Notes: generated from the letters alone by a model not told the origin. 64,000 bases of DNA from a virus (IMGVR_UViG_3300045885_000299:4798-68797), one strand, 5' to 3'. Counted from the stretch's first letter, positions 30,001-39,093 are shown. A program made the numbers and translations.

Positions 30001-33000
30001 GCCGAATCGAACTTCCACAGGGTTACCAGCCGTGTCGGTCAGGCTGATCCGATCGACCGTGATCGGATCGCCAAAGCTGCTGTGGTCGTAGCCCGAGTAG
30101 CGATCGCCGGCGCCCGCCTTCACGTAGGCCAGCGTCACGTGCGGCACGTAGTCGGGATACGTGGCCCCCTCGACGTCGCCGGCCGCGTCGAAGATGGCCA
30201 CCCGCAGCTCCTTGAGCAGGTCGTTCGGTTCGACCGACGCATACACCACGTCCGACTCGGGGCGGTTGTCGTCGGCCGGGAAGTGGCGGGTCTGGCCCAG
30301 CTTGATCTCGAACGGCTTGAGGTCCTGGACGGCCTGGCGGATGGCGTCCTCGCTGCCCGGCTTGATGCCGTAGACCACCGTCAGGTGCGGCGTCGCTTCG
30401 ATCTCGATGACGTCCTCTGTGCGCAGGCCTGGACCAACGACCTCGAGGAAGCTGGGGATGCCGGTCAGGTCGATCTGCGTCGAGGCCTGCGAGAACTTGG
30501 GCTCCGGCGGCGGTGGTGCCGCCTCGGTGCCGGTGTCCATCAGGTCCTGCAGCAGCTCGCCGCGGATGGCCGCCTCCAGGTCCTCGTCGGTCGGCACGCG
30601 ATCGAGCTCGGCCCACTTCTCGTTCGACATGCGGGCCATAATCATCGCCTCGGCCTGCTGGTTGGCCCGCAACCGCAGCTCGTCCGGCCAGACCGCGGTT
30701 TCCTCGAGCGAGCGCTGCACGCTCTCGAGGTCCTGGGTCGCGCGCTCGATCTCGCGCTGGTACAGGGACACGTTGTCGGGCACCTTCGCCCGTGCGTTTT
30801 CGACGCGCTGGATCAAGCCCGGCCCGCTCATCGCATCCCGCTTGGGTAGGAACGTGGTGAAGTACGGCGTCTCGGTCGGCCCAATCAACGCGAGCGTGAA
30901 GCCCGGCACGCCCTCGTGCATGCCCGCGGCGACCAGGTGTAGCGGCCAACCGTCGAGCGCGCCGAGCTCCGATGCCCTCGCCTCGCTGTTGTCGATCACG
31001 TCCATTTCGCGCAGCACGGCTTCGGCCAGGTGTTGGCCGACGTCGTCGCGGCTGTAGTTGGCGCCGTCGATGTTCCAGGCCGTCCCGCGCGTCGGGTCCG
31101 GCAGCAGCGCCAGCGCCTCGGCGTCCTGTTGCGCCTTGGCCAGCTTCTCGGTGTTCTCGGCGATCTGCTTCGGCAGCGTGTTCAGCTTCCAACCTGATTG
31201 CGAGCGCTGGCCCTCCCACGCTCGCTTCTGCGCGCGCAGCGTCTTGCCGGTGTCCTGGACCTGGAGCAGCCGCAGACCCCACGGATCGCCCGACGCCAGC
31301 ATGCGGAAGGTCGCGGCGTCCATCGTGCCCTCGTCGGCTTCTTCGACGGTGCGCTCGGTGACTTCGCGGCGCATCAGGGCCTTGATGGCCTTCCACTTGG
31401 CCAGCACCGTGCTCCACAGGTAGGCGTCGAAGGGCCACTCCGTGACATACGTGTAGACGCGCACGCCGCGGCCAGGATCGGCAACGTTCGGTAGGCCGCT
31501 CGCGTCGCGCACGGTGTTGCCGTTGGCGTCCTTCTCGAGCTCGGGACCGTAGATGTTGCCCTGGCGCAGGATGCGCCCCTCGCGCTGCTCGATATCGCGC
31601 GGCCGCCACGGCGTGTCCAGGTGGTGCAGCGCCGCCAATCGCTCCTGGATGTTGACGCCGGCGCCGAGCTTTTCCGTCGAACCAAGGATGACGCGCACTT
31701 CGCCGCGGTTGACCTGGTCGAACAGCGACTCCAGTGCGGCCTTGTTCTTGGCCTCGTGCACGAACCGAATCTCGGCCGCCGGGATGCCGCGCTGCACGAG
31801 CAGCTGCTTCATCTTTTCGTAGGTGACCTGGCGATCGCGCGCCTCCTGGGCGTCCTCGGCGTGCTCTTCCCAATAGTCGTCCACGATCGCCGTGCGCTGG
31901 TCCTCGTCGGTCACCCCCTGCAGCTTCCGCTTGAGCTCGTCGGGGTAGTCCGATTCCTTGACGGAGGCCTTCTCCTTGGGCGTGCCCATGTCCATGAACA
32001 CGACCTGCGCGCCGCGATCGGCCGCGCTCTCGCGCCACACCTCGTGGATGCGCTGGGCGGCCTGGCGCAGCTTGGAGTTGGGCAGGTCCGGGCCGCCGAC
32101 CAGCGTCGGATCAAGCGAGGCCTTCCTGGCGTCGCTGGTGATCTTGAGCATGTTGTCGGTCTTGCGGTCGCGCGGATCGAGCGCCGCGGCGCGATCGGCC
32201 AGGCGCTTCTGCTCTTCCTTGTGCCAGTCGGTCGACCTGATCTGGACCGGGATGCGCTCGCCGCCCTTCTCGGTGCCGACCATGCGCGGCTTGAGCGCTT
32301 CCATCTCGGGCACATCGACCGACATGCGCACGTCGGCGAAGTCCTGGAACATGCTCGACAGCTCGGGCACGTTGATGAACCGCGAGAAGCGGTACAGCAT
32401 CTTGTTTTCGCCGGTGATCGTGGTCTCGAAGCTCGGGTGGGCTTGCCCGTAGGCCTTGGCCCAGCCGTCGAAGTGCTGCATCGCCTGGCGCTCGAGCTCG
32501 GGCCGCGCCAGGTAGCGCATCATCGTCCACAGCTCGGCGATCGAGTTACTGATCGGGGTGCCAGTGGCGAACACCACGCCGCGCCCGTTCTGCTTCGACT
32601 GCAGCCAGCGCACCTTGTTGAACATGTCCTGGGCGCGCAGCGCGCGCGAGCCCGGATTGAGGCCCTTGATCGAGCCCATCTTGGTCACGAACGGCAGGTT
32701 CTTGTACAGGTCGGCCTCGTCCACAAAGACCTGGTCGACGCCCAGCTGCTCGAACGTGAGTGCGCCCTTCTTGCGCTCTTTCTGATACCTGGCCAGCCGC
32801 GCCGCGTTGTCGCGGATTTGGGTCTGCGTCTTGACGATCATGGCCCGGATTTCCTTGAACGTCCGGTCCTGGTTCTTGGGCCCCTTGTAGCCCTCGTGCT
32901 CCATCTCGGGTCGCCAGTCGATGCCGTTTTCCTGGGCGTATTCCTCGGCGATCTTGATGACCTCGTTCAGGTCGCCCGTGAGCAGGTCGATGGTGGTCTG

Positions 33001-36000
33001 CGGGTGCAGCTCCAGGAGCGTGAACTGGCTCTGCGCCATGATGACCGCGTCCCAATCGCCAGTGGCGATGCGCGCCATGAGCACGTTGCGCCGCTCGGGG
33101 GAAAAGTCGGCCGTGGTCGGCACCAGCAGCCGCGCCTGCGGATACAGCCGCTGGAACTGCGCCGCGAACTGCGGCACCACGCTGTTGGGCGTGACGATCA
33201 GGTTCTTCTTGGCCAGCCCCAGGCGGCGCAGCTCCATCGCCGCGGCGGCCATCGTGTACGTCTTGCCGAAGCCGACCTCGTGCGCCAGCAGCGCGACACC
33301 CTTCTGGATGATGCGCCAGATGGCTGCCTTCTGATGCGGGTACAGGCCGATGCGCTGGTTGGTGCCATCCAGCGACAGGTGCATGCCGTTCCACTCGCGG
33401 TTTTTGAACACGTTGATGTTCTCGTTGTAGAAGGCGACCAGGCGGCCGGCGCGCTCGGGGTCGGACCACACCCAGCGCTTGAACTCGTCCCGAATCTCGA
33501 GCTTCTTCGCCTCGGCCAGGCGCGTCGCCTCTTCGTTGACGTAGCTGCGGCCGTCAGAGTCCTTGTCCATGACCCTGGTCTGCTTGCTGTTGAGGACGTC
33601 GTTGATGAGGTCAAACGGACTGCGCCGGTCGGTTTCCCAGCGCTGCTTCTTGGCCCAATCCATCCACGGCGCGGTGCGCACGTCCATCTGCCACGAGGCG
33701 TTGGCCGGCAGATAGCGATACCAGTCCATCGGGACGTAGGCGTAGGAGTTGGGGTTGCCGAGCAGGTCGTACACGAACTGGTTGACGTCGGTTTCGGGAA
33801 TCCAGCCGACGCCCAGCTCGGCCAGAATCTCTGACGGGCCGACGTCCTTGGGCTGGTTGGCTGCCAGCGCATCCACGTTCGGCTGGTACATCGGGTTGCG
33901 CGCGGCGGCCTGCTCCGCGTCCTTGAGTTTTTGCCGCACGTTCCCCGACAAGTAATCGTCGGCCAGCACGTAGTGCCGATCGGCCGCGTCGACCTCGAGG
34001 TAGGCGCCGCCCTTCGGGTCCAGGAAGATCACGCCCTGGTTGAGCAGGTCGGTGGCGACGTCGGCGACGGAGTGGCCGGTCAGCGACGAGATGCGCGGCA
34101 GGTCGAGTTTTCCCGACTCGTTGAGCGCGATCATCAGGCCGTCTTTGGGCGACTCGGCGCGATCGACGGCGCGCCCGGCGCTCATCACGCGCCTGGTGAA
34201 CATGGCTGACTTGAGCGCCGCCAGGTCCGCCGCGGTGATCGGTTGCTTGCGGTTCTCGGCGCCCTCCCAGCGGCGTTTGGCGGTGTCGTTCCACTCTTCG
34301 AGCGCGCGGAGAAAGAAGCCGCGAGGGTCGTCGCCCATCACACGGCGATTGGTGACGTCGTTCAGCGGCCGCCACTTGCGCACGTACTTGTCGTAGGCGG
34401 TGCGCAATGCCTCCTGGGCGCGCAGCACCTGGTGGTCGGGAGCGCCGGCGCGCTGCAGGTCGAGCACGGCATGCGCCATGTCGTTCAGCTGGAGCATGGC
34501 TTTGACGCGCGCTTCGCCATCCTTGACGTGAAACATTTGTTTCACGAGCTTCCCGGAACGGCTGACCATGACCTGCCCGTTCTGGATGGTGTAGGCGCCC
34601 TCGGCGCCGACGTTCGGGTCGACGCGCGTCGGCAATTCGACCTCGGCCGGCAGCAGCACGTTCTCCGGCAGCTTGGCCAGGACCCGCGGCAACTCCGTGT
34701 CCCACTCCCGCCCGGCGAGATGGAGCAGCTGGTAATCGTTAGGACCGAACTGACCGCGGCCGATGTGCTCGGCGCCCAGGAGATGGTCCGGGTTGGCGTC
34801 GAAGTAGGCGTTGCGGTAGATCGTCGCCTCGCGGTCGCCACCGCGCGTGGTCAGCGTGTGCTCGTTCGACTCGTACCACGGCACGCGCCGCGCCTCTTCT
34901 GGCGTAAGGGGTTGCTCGCGCTTGCGGAGAAAGATGATGTCGGTCTCGACGTGGGTGTCTTTGAACGTGTTGCGCGGCAGCCGCACGGCGAGCAGCAGGT
35001 CGCCTTCCTGCGCGATGCGCTGGCGGAACTTGAGCGCGTCCTCGGCGTAGCCGTCGAGCGTGAAGCGGCTGGTGATGAACGCCAGCACGCCGCCCGGCCG
35101 CAGCTGATCGAGCGTCTTTTTGAAGAAGTAGTTGTGGATGGTGCGCAGGTACGGCTGATCCAGGTACTCGACGTCGGTCACCTTGAAGTCACCGAACGGC
35201 ACGTTGCTGATGGCCACGTCGATCGAGCCCTTGTTGATCGGCGCGTCCTGGTAGCCCATGCCGTGATAGACGTCGGCCTGCGGATAGAGATGCCGCAGCA
35301 GCCCGCCGGTGATCGTGTCCAGCTCGACGGCGGTCATCGCGGCCTTGGGCGCCAGCTGGTCCGGGATCAGCCCCAGGAAGCGGCCGACGCCGGCCGCCGG
35401 TTCGAGCAGGTTGAAGCGGCTCAGGTTTTCGATGCCCAGGCGGCGGAGCGCCTGCCACATGTGCCCGATCACGGTGGGGCTGGTGAACATCGCGTTCAGC
35501 CGCGAGGTGGCCAGTGCTTCCCACTCGGGCGACCCGGGCACGCCTTTCGCCCGGGTTCGCCACCCGGGGTCGATCAGGTCGCGCAATTCTTCGCCCAACG
35601 CCACGAACTCCGGGTCTGGCTTCGCCTTGCGCGACCTGGGAAAGGCGTCGTTGAAGGCGCTATCGCCCATGCCGCTGTAGCGCGCGAAGGCCTGCAGGTC
35701 CTCGACGGTTGGCTCGCCGCGGCTTTCCTCGAGCGCTTTCAGGCGGCGGATGGCGTCGACGTTGGCGCGGAAGCGCTCGCGCGGGCTGGCGGCCTCCTGC
35801 CAGGCCGCGTCACCGTCCGAGATGCGGTAGTTCTGGCCGAGCTTGACGTCGGGTCGCGCGGGGTCGACGCCCGGTCCGGGCGTGGCGGGTTCTAACTCTG
35901 GGGAAGGAGCGCCAGCACCTCGCGGCGAGCCTGGTCCCACGCCATCCACGCCGGGACGCCGGATCTCTCGAGGTTGCCCACCAGCCGCTTGCACCTCTGG

Positions 36001-39000
36001 ACCCGCCGGTCCAGGTCCTGCTCCAGGTCCTTCTCCTGGACCAGGTCCCGGTACGACCTCGGGTCGTTGCTCTTCAGTCCCTCCAGGGCCTGCTCCCTCA
36101 GCTCGCTGTCGCTCGGCGGCTGAAACGGCTCGTCCTGCATCACCCGTAGTTTCGCGCACCCGGGTTGCGGTGTCAGTTGCGGTGGGTGCCAGATGCGCGC
36201 CGCGTTCGCGCAGCCAGCCGGCCGAGACAGGCGCGTTGATGGCGGTGCTGTCGTCATCCTGCGTCCGCCACATGTCGGCGCCCTCGTGCGAGACGACGGT
36301 GCTCATGCCGCCGCCGATGCGCTGGAAGGTGGCGCCGTGCCAGTCGGTCTGGCCGACCTCGAGCGGCGCGTCGATGTAGGCCTCCATCACCTGGAAGCGG
36401 CCGCTGTAGCCCCACGGGCCCAGCGTGATGCCGCGTCGCTCGGCCTCGGCGCGGATGGCGGCCAGGGCCCGCTCGAAGCGCGGGCTGAGCTGGCGGCCGC
36501 CGTACTGGCGCGGCAGGTCACCTTCGCCCGGCTCCACCTGGACCACGTTGCCGGGGAATTGCTCCAGGCGATTGACCGCGTCGACGGCGAAGGTCTCGTC
36601 GGTCTGTTCTTCCACGCCCATCTGACGGCGGATGGCGGCCTCGGCTTCGGACTGCGTTGGGTACGCCATCTCGAGCCCGATCTGCTCGTCAGGCCGACCC
36701 ATATCGCGGTTCTCGATGTTCCAGGCGGTGACGCCGAATCGGCCGTCCGCCAGCTGGCGAACGCGGAACTCAGTCGTGAAATCCTCGGTCGTGAAGTGGC
36801 TCAGAAAACCCTCGGGTGGCGGACGGCCGTCGCTCTCCTGACGCCGCCGCTCCAGGTCGTAGGCCTCGAACCAGGCCGCACGTTCGGCGCGTGCCTCGGT
36901 CACGAGCAGGCCCTGCCGAATCGTGCGCGGCTGGCGCGTAAGCGCGGCCTGGCGCCCCTCCTGGCTGGCTTGCTCGATCGACTCGGGCGAGCCCAACGCG
37001 ATGGTGCCAGCGGCGCGTTCGTCGGCGCCGCGCTCGTAGCCGCGCACGAGCGCCTGACGGATCGCCTGCCCCTCCGTGGTGCGGTCATCGCGCATGAGCT
37101 CGCCGCCGCGGAGCAGCTTGGGATCGTTGTGCGCGTCGATCAGCTTGCTGCCGCGCAGCCCGTGGTCGTAGCCCAGCTGCTCGGCCTGCGCGGTCATGGC
37201 CGCCAGGTCGCCACCCGTGCGCTGCACGTATTGCATGGCCTTCTTGACCAGCGCTTGCGGCGTCGACGGCACCTTCTGGCCGGTCTTGCGCACGGCCTCG
37301 CGGAAGGCATCGAGCGCCGTCGTGAGCTCGGGCGTCTCCCGATCGTAGGAGGGCCATTGCGAGATGGTCGGGTCGAAGCCGGCGTCCTCGAGCGTGCTGA
37401 CCAGTGTGAGCGCCTGGTTGCGCATCGAACGTGGCGCCTGCATACGGAGTTCCCAACGCAGCGGCGCGGCTGGTTCCGCAGCTTGCTCTTCCAGCAGCGG
37501 CATCTGCCCGGGGAGCACGCGCGCGGGCGCCTCGGCGGGCGGCTCCGTCCCAGGTTCGGGCCGCCGCCAGCTCGGCTCCATGTAGGTCAGCGCTTGCTGG
37601 AACGCACGCGGGTTGTACGGCTGCCGATCGGCGGCATTCAGCAGCCCCTTGCGCGCGTTATCCAGGTCCTCATACGCGACGGGCTGGCGCCAGTCGATAT
37701 CGGTCTGCAGCACGTTCCAGGCCTTCACCCGCGCTTCATTCACGTCGCGCGCGCGCATGACCGCTTTGGCGTTGCCCTCTGCGTCGGGCGGCCACTGCAC
37801 CAGCCACACTTCGTCGGCGCCGATATCGCGGATCGCCAGGCCCGTGTCACCGATGATGTGCACCTGCTCGGGCCCGCCGATCGGCGTGCCAACCTCGTCG
37901 CGGTCCTGGAAGGCCTCGGTGCGCGTGATCGGCCCAAGCCCCTCGTCGGCCGCGCGCTGGACCAGCTCGGTCGCGCGCTCGGGCGTGTACTCGGGCACGC
38001 CAGGGAAGAAGGCGCCCAGGTTCAGCTCCGCGCGCTGCCTGGTGCGCAACGCCTGCTGCACCTCGGGCCGCTGCGCCGCGCGCATCGTGGCACCCAGCGC
38101 CGGCCTGGCACCGACACCAGCCGTTACGCCGACCACACGCGCGAGCGCCAGTTCCTCGGGCGTGACCGCCGCGGCCGCGGCGTCGCGTGTCGCCTGCCGC
38201 TCTTCGGGCGTGGCGTTCGGGTTGGTCGCCAGCAGCTGCTGCTCGGCCTCGTTCGCCTTGTCGTTGCGCACCTTCTGCTCGGCCGTCTGCAGGCCGACCG
38301 CGCCGCCGAACACCGTCTCGCCCGGCGACAGCACGCGCCCCGCCACGTTGCCCGCCACTTCGGCCGCGCGCACGCCGCGCGCCCCAGCACCCACGGCTCG
38401 AGCGCCGGCACCACCGACCCGCGCCACCACGCCGGCTTCGGGCGCGAAGTTGAACGGCCCGCCCTCGGCCAGGCCTTTGACCAGCGGCAGCCGCGCGGCC
38501 ACGTTCCACGGGCCCTGTCCGAGCGGCGAGTTGGGGTCCTGCGCCATGCGCCAGTAGGCGTCGAAGGCGGCGTCCGGCCCCTGCTCAGCGTGCACCTGGC
38601 GCAGGAACGGCGCGCGCTCGCCGTACAGGTTGTTGACCAGGTCGCCCAGCACGTTCTTGGTCGCTTCGGTGACGCCGGTGATGCCCTCGAACGCCAGCCC
38701 GACGCCGCCGCCGGCGAGTGCGGCGCCGACCTGGAGCGGCTCGCCCGTCTGCCATGCGCGGTTCACCTCGGCGCCGGCCTGCTCGAGTCGGCGCTGCGGG
38801 TTGAAGCGCATCTCCTGGCGGTTGAAGGCCGCCGATGGCTGTACCAGCGTCTCGGGCTGCTGGATGGCTTGCTGCTCGATCGCCGCGGCGCCGGGGATTT
38901 CCTGGAAGCCGAGACCCTGGCCAACCGCCTGCACGATGGGCGACTGCACGGCGCCCTGGACGGTCTGTCCGAGCCCGCTTTCGCCGAGCTGCTGGAGCGC

Positions 39001-39084
39001 CTGGTCCTTTAGCTGCCCGGCGGCATTGCGCGACTGGTCAATGTAGTCGAGCAGGTCCTTCCAGGGGTCCTGGACTGGCCACAC
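24055..39084 (-). CDS. Giant polyvalent internal-virion protein: DarB-like N6-MTase + SNF2 helicase + 2H phosphoesterase + helical C-terminal region
   Basis: LLEPAAGVGRF and SNVPFG (MTase); AHEVGFGKT, VDEAD, ATGTPISN, GAGVNIQ, QREGRILRQGN (SF2); PHLTV/PHVTL (2H); uninterrupted 5009-aa ORF. Confidence 0.92.
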   Translation of the reverse strand: MWPVQDPWKDLLDYIDQSRNAAGQLKDQALQQLGESGLGQTVQGAVQSPIVQAVGQGLGFQEIPGAAAIEQQAIQQPETLVQPSAAFNRQEMRFNPQRRLEQAGAEVNRAWQTGEPLQVGAALAGGGVGLAFEGITGVTEATKNVLGDLVNNLYGERAPFLRQVHAEQGPDAAFDAYWRMAQDPNSPLGQGPWNVAARLPLVKGLAEGGPFNFAPEAGVVARVGGAGARAVGAGARGVRAAEVAGNVAGRVLSPGETVFGGAVGLQTAEQKVRNDKANEAEQQLLATNPNATPEERQATRDAAAAAVTPEELALARVVGVTAGVGARPALGATMRAAQRPEVQQALRTRQRAELNLGAFFPGVPEYTPERATELVQRAADEGLGPITRTEAFQDRDEVGTPIGGPEQVHIIGDTGLAIRDIGADEVWLVQWPPDAEGNAKAVMRARDVNEARVKAWNVLQTDIDWRQPVAYEDLDNARKGLLNAADRQPYNPRAFQQALTYMEPSWRRPEPGTEPPAEAPARVLPGQMPLLEEQAAEPAAPLRWELRMQAPRSMRNQALTLVSTLEDAGFDPTISQWPSYDRETPELTTALDAFREAVRKTGQKVPSTPQALVKKAMQYVQRTGGDLAAMTAQAEQLGYDHGLRGSKLIDAHNDPKLLRGGELMRDDRTTEGQAIRQALVRGYERGADERAAGTIALGSPESIEQASQEGRQAALTRQPRTIRQGLLVTEARAERAAWFEAYDLERRRQESDGRPPPEGFLSHFTTEDFTTEFRVRQLADGRFGVTAWNIENRDMGRPDEQIGLEMAYPTQSEAEAAIRRQMGVEEQTDETFAVDAVNRLEQFPGNVVQVEPGEGDLPRQYGGRQLSPRFERALAAIRAEAERRGITLGPWGYSGRFQVMEAYIDAPLEVGQTDWHGATFQRIGGGMSTVVSHEGADMWRTQDDDSTAINAPVSAGWLRERGAHLAPTATDTATRVRETTGDAGRAVSAAERQRAEGAGPGGTEEQRPEVVPGPGPGEGPGAGPGPAGPEVQAAGGQPREIRRPGVDGVGPGSPRGAGAPSPELEPATPGPGVDPARPDVKLGQNYRISDGDAAWQEAASPRERFRANVDAIRRLKALEESRGEPTVEDLQAFARYSGMGDSAFNDAFPRSRKAKPDPEFVALGEELRDLIDPGWRTRAKGVPGSPEWEALATSRLNAMFTSPTVIGHMWQALRRLGIENLSRFNLLEPAAGVGRFLGLIPDQLAPKAAMTAVELDTITGGLLRHLYPQADVYHGMGYQDAPINKGSIDVAISNVPFGDFKVTDVEYLDQPYLRTIHNYFFKKTLDQLRPGGVLAFITSRFTLDGYAEDALKFRQRIAQEGDLLLAVRLPRNTFKDTHVETDIIFLRKREQPLTPEEARRVPWYESNEHTLTTRGGDREATIYRNAYFDANPDHLLGAEHIGRGQFGPNDYQLLHLAGREWDTELPRVLAKLPENVLLPAEVELPTRVDPNVGAEGAYTIQNGQVMVSRSGKLVKQMFHVKDGEARVKAMLQLNDMAHAVLDLQRAGAPDHQVLRAQEALRTAYDKYVRKWRPLNDVTNRRVMGDDPRGFFLRALEEWNDTAKRRWEGAENRKQPITAADLAALKSAMFTRRVMSAGRAVDRAESPKDGLMIALNESGKLDLPRISSLTGHSVADVATDLLNQGVIFLDPKGGAYLEVDAADRHYVLADDYLSGNVRQKLKDAEQAAARNPMYQPNVDALAANQPKDVGPSEILAELGVGWIPETDVNQFVYDLLGNPNSYAYVPMDWYRYLPANASWQMDVRTAPWMDWAKKQRWETDRRSPFDLINDVLNSKQTRVMDKDSDGRSYVNEEATRLAEAKKLEIRDEFKRWVWSDPERAGRLVAFYNENINVFKNREWNGMHLSLDGTNQRIGLYPHQKAAIWRIIQKGVALLAHEVGFGKTYTMAAAAMELRRLGLAKKNLIVTPNSVVPQFAAQFQRLYPQARLLVPTTADFSPERRNVLMARIATGDWDAVIMAQSQFTLLELHPQTTIDLLTGDLNEVIKIAEEYAQENGIDWRPEMEHEGYKGPKNQDRTFKEIRAMIVKTQTQIRDNAARLARYQKERKKGALTFEQLGVDQVFVDEADLYKNLPFVTKMGSIKGLNPGSRALRAQDMFNKVRWLQSKQNGRGVVFATGTPISNSIAELWTMMRYLARPELERQAMQHFDGWAKAYGQAHPSFETTITGENKMLYRFSRFINVPELSSMFQDFADVRMSVDVPEMEALKPRMVGTEKGGERIPVQIRSTDWHKEEQKRLADRAAALDPRDRKTDNMLKITSDARKASLDPTLVGGPDLPNSKLRQAAQRIHEVWRESAADRGAQVVFMDMGTPKEKASVKESDYPDELKRKLQGVTDEDQRTAIVDDYWEEHAEDAQEARDRQVTYEKMKQLLVQRGIPAAEIRFVHEAKNKAALESLFDQVNRGEVRVILGSTEKLGAGVNIQERLAALHHLDTPWRPRDIEQREGRILRQGNIYGPELEKDANGNTVRDASGLPNVADPGRGVRVYTYVTEWPFDAYLWSTVLAKWKAIKALMRREVTERTVEEADEGTMDAATFRMLASGDPWGLRLLQVQDTGKTLRAQKRAWEGQRSQSGWKLNTLPKQIAENTEKLAKAQQDAEALALLPDPTRGTAWNIDGANYSRDDVGQHLAEAVLREMDVIDNSEARASELGALDGWPLHLVAAGMHEGVPGFTLALIGPTETPYFTTFLPKRDAMSGPGLIQRVENARAKVPDNVSLYQREIERATQDLESVQRSLEETAVWPDELRLRANQQAEAMIMARMSNEKWAELDRVPTDEDLEAAIRGELLQDLMDTGTEAAPPPPEPKFSQASTQIDLTGIPSFLEVVGPGLRTEDVIEIEATPHLTVVYGIKPGSEDAIRQAVQDLKPFEIKLGQTRHFPADDNRPESDVVYASVEPNDLLKELRVAIFDAAGDVEGATYPDYVPHVTLAYVKAGAGDRYSGYDHSSFGDPITVDRISLTDTAGNPVEVRFGETPTDVTPGEPTTPAPEPEPVIEPLTQEGRDNAVRTIQDFYVRAFESTRDDPTIVGVAEWSDEQLRGEYGGAKAWLDENPETPSSVTDTPPPLEDAERTVALAQIDVAWDAQQGVLKLKGIFRGKDARPEDLARVERYKQLLAEQGYEVIRETFDDARTVRLVFDKPVVDPRPAWQQTLKEWEVEKTWVRRRVDTIMRPNHRESHRQAIIDAITRGDMDRDLPESQRILADHPDLLKQFDAAEKAEKQPDVNVPPTPGDQPKPTRKPSQEASIPYLRGENDAREGKPRDVPPYYKGPSKAAERKAWEEGYDAFVVTQAAEPEPAPKPAKTPTPQIATGVDGSTTYVLPSFVTNQYRGGESSKPSPSQKPRPDGDEVAEPATEQAKTLEAELETPPVEAPTVEPAAGVPPTPQLPPTAAPTNAGGAAVPPAGPPQGPGAGEPPPPTPPAPPTPPPPPPTGGAENGPLHRVRSGYWHSAMPNAVLEMIDKGWVDYGQVKEVMSHQDWIDEAAKLTGLDTETLARAWRSMDAGRMASDLTALRAGVLQTIREIGQTRSDLDAGLGDQAALSARLEDLSAIYEHLWLGMTRASTEHARALNSLQIHMQLQHLIAAADYWRARADYDGQTRAKLGSLTNGKEGAPLSDTERAELERLRKHLEGIADGKGGYTPDTGVVDEMLDGRGPSVNGKTPLVKTERREPQLETDPDAERTAREVEASLWDQFLDLNEAIMEERRAGNHARADEIASERVEVLSQLAERVYDDLYKQLNREIPFDEDLTAETFHESVRERLRAKAKAQARRMIAEGIHQSISPDEMEGMIRGMPEQKRLDLLTLIGGELGIDAAGRIGPQGVRGQPKWLIQTSAAIQKGMLSTLDRERALNVVQLEQERLKALANGDVRREARLREDRDRELAALELKVRAQIENQVQRTPEDKDLRRMAAGLTSRLRQAIEKSKTDADALTRLYRDPLNARTLNGVDQNLARQLIDLRQQIALARATADPRLDTLQQLHDQVLTELRGKIQDRARKKAERPAVSDTDKARRAEERKLERELEREMLGKGAPEPKDTELREMVRDALKRIDRIIKAQERSPAFLKDAKGLLDNLSELGGYAKRKAEAYQRRVSEAQLMRIFTGPDWKALTEERRAALLKVIDWTDPRSAATLARMMVTPSVWNQVSAIRVASLLSGSSTQLVNTFGNLMMAFAAPIERGAAALGEDILTIRGRRRPREAYYSQMAAEISGLTSGWSKALQDAKVTWATGISTRQMRDLQTQYSGLITWAPFRPLNLVFRTMATVDDFFYSLAHSMSMASEIEGTARRTGRSFGEVRDNILDYPDLLERSARGAERRIFQERLEGWLGGLNSMRANPGVAWLLPFLRTTLNLLRVGAGLTPYGFARAERRRRQGNMALAAEDRGRAIVGTLAMMGIAALTAQGFITGAGPSNDQKRRALREQGWTPWSFKIGDTYVPYQNLMGHWTLPIALAATLVESQSDKVEPGTLDKNTASLFYFVSNFGGVFLQQSGLVAIRDAIQAIQDPEQYWDAFVDNQLSSMVPYRGFLNMFARAMDPMMKDPKSPLDAILMGIPGLSQMVPAKLTAYGEARPHAGPGVWSWTPIRPSAYQADPETAELLRIGAPLVTKPDRKLGERVLTDTEQRALQIDQGTKTRLALKTLFASPGYQDSPDNRKKLMVENAKSLARESALQALGLEAPPEPSTLPAKYRNVTSPTLQAEIDESLRVTSAFSKDPAHAVPPTERQAELASTYSDEDLVNPAYRQAVRAQTTTAAAERGDISRVLSPDAFANLDGPHQQSIVRAGQVKQQTDQMPRYIWNGQAYGTPQQWEQWDAWLAKWRALPNASALKKRYAREGQTLEIMQNQQVLQAQLSSPDYQRWYGVGKSLSDEQWEQLQQIPRYADRRGQAVGTPAQWAQWDAWLKTWNTLPRLDPRRLQTLALARQLKRLVNPAFKRFVKETDYLSVYGTDDLASAA
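35892..36140 (-). CDS. Nested alternative-frame gene (82 aa, helical) inside the giant ORF
   Basis: MQDEPFQPPSDSELREQALEGLKSNDPRSYRDLVQEKDLEQDLDRRV..AWDQARREVL; the host frame is Gly/Pro-rich low complexity here. Confidence 0.65.
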   Translation of the reverse strand: MQDEPFQPPSDSELREQALEGLKSNDPRSYRDLVQEKDLEQDLDRRVQRCKRLVGNLERSGVPAWMAWDQARREVLALLPQS

Positions 39085-39093
39085 GGGTTTTTC

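Noticed and set aside
27442-39012. Long plus-strand ORFs (1135, 737, 550 and 939 aa)
   Set aside because: Antisense shadows of the high-GC 5009-aa gene, with no motifs
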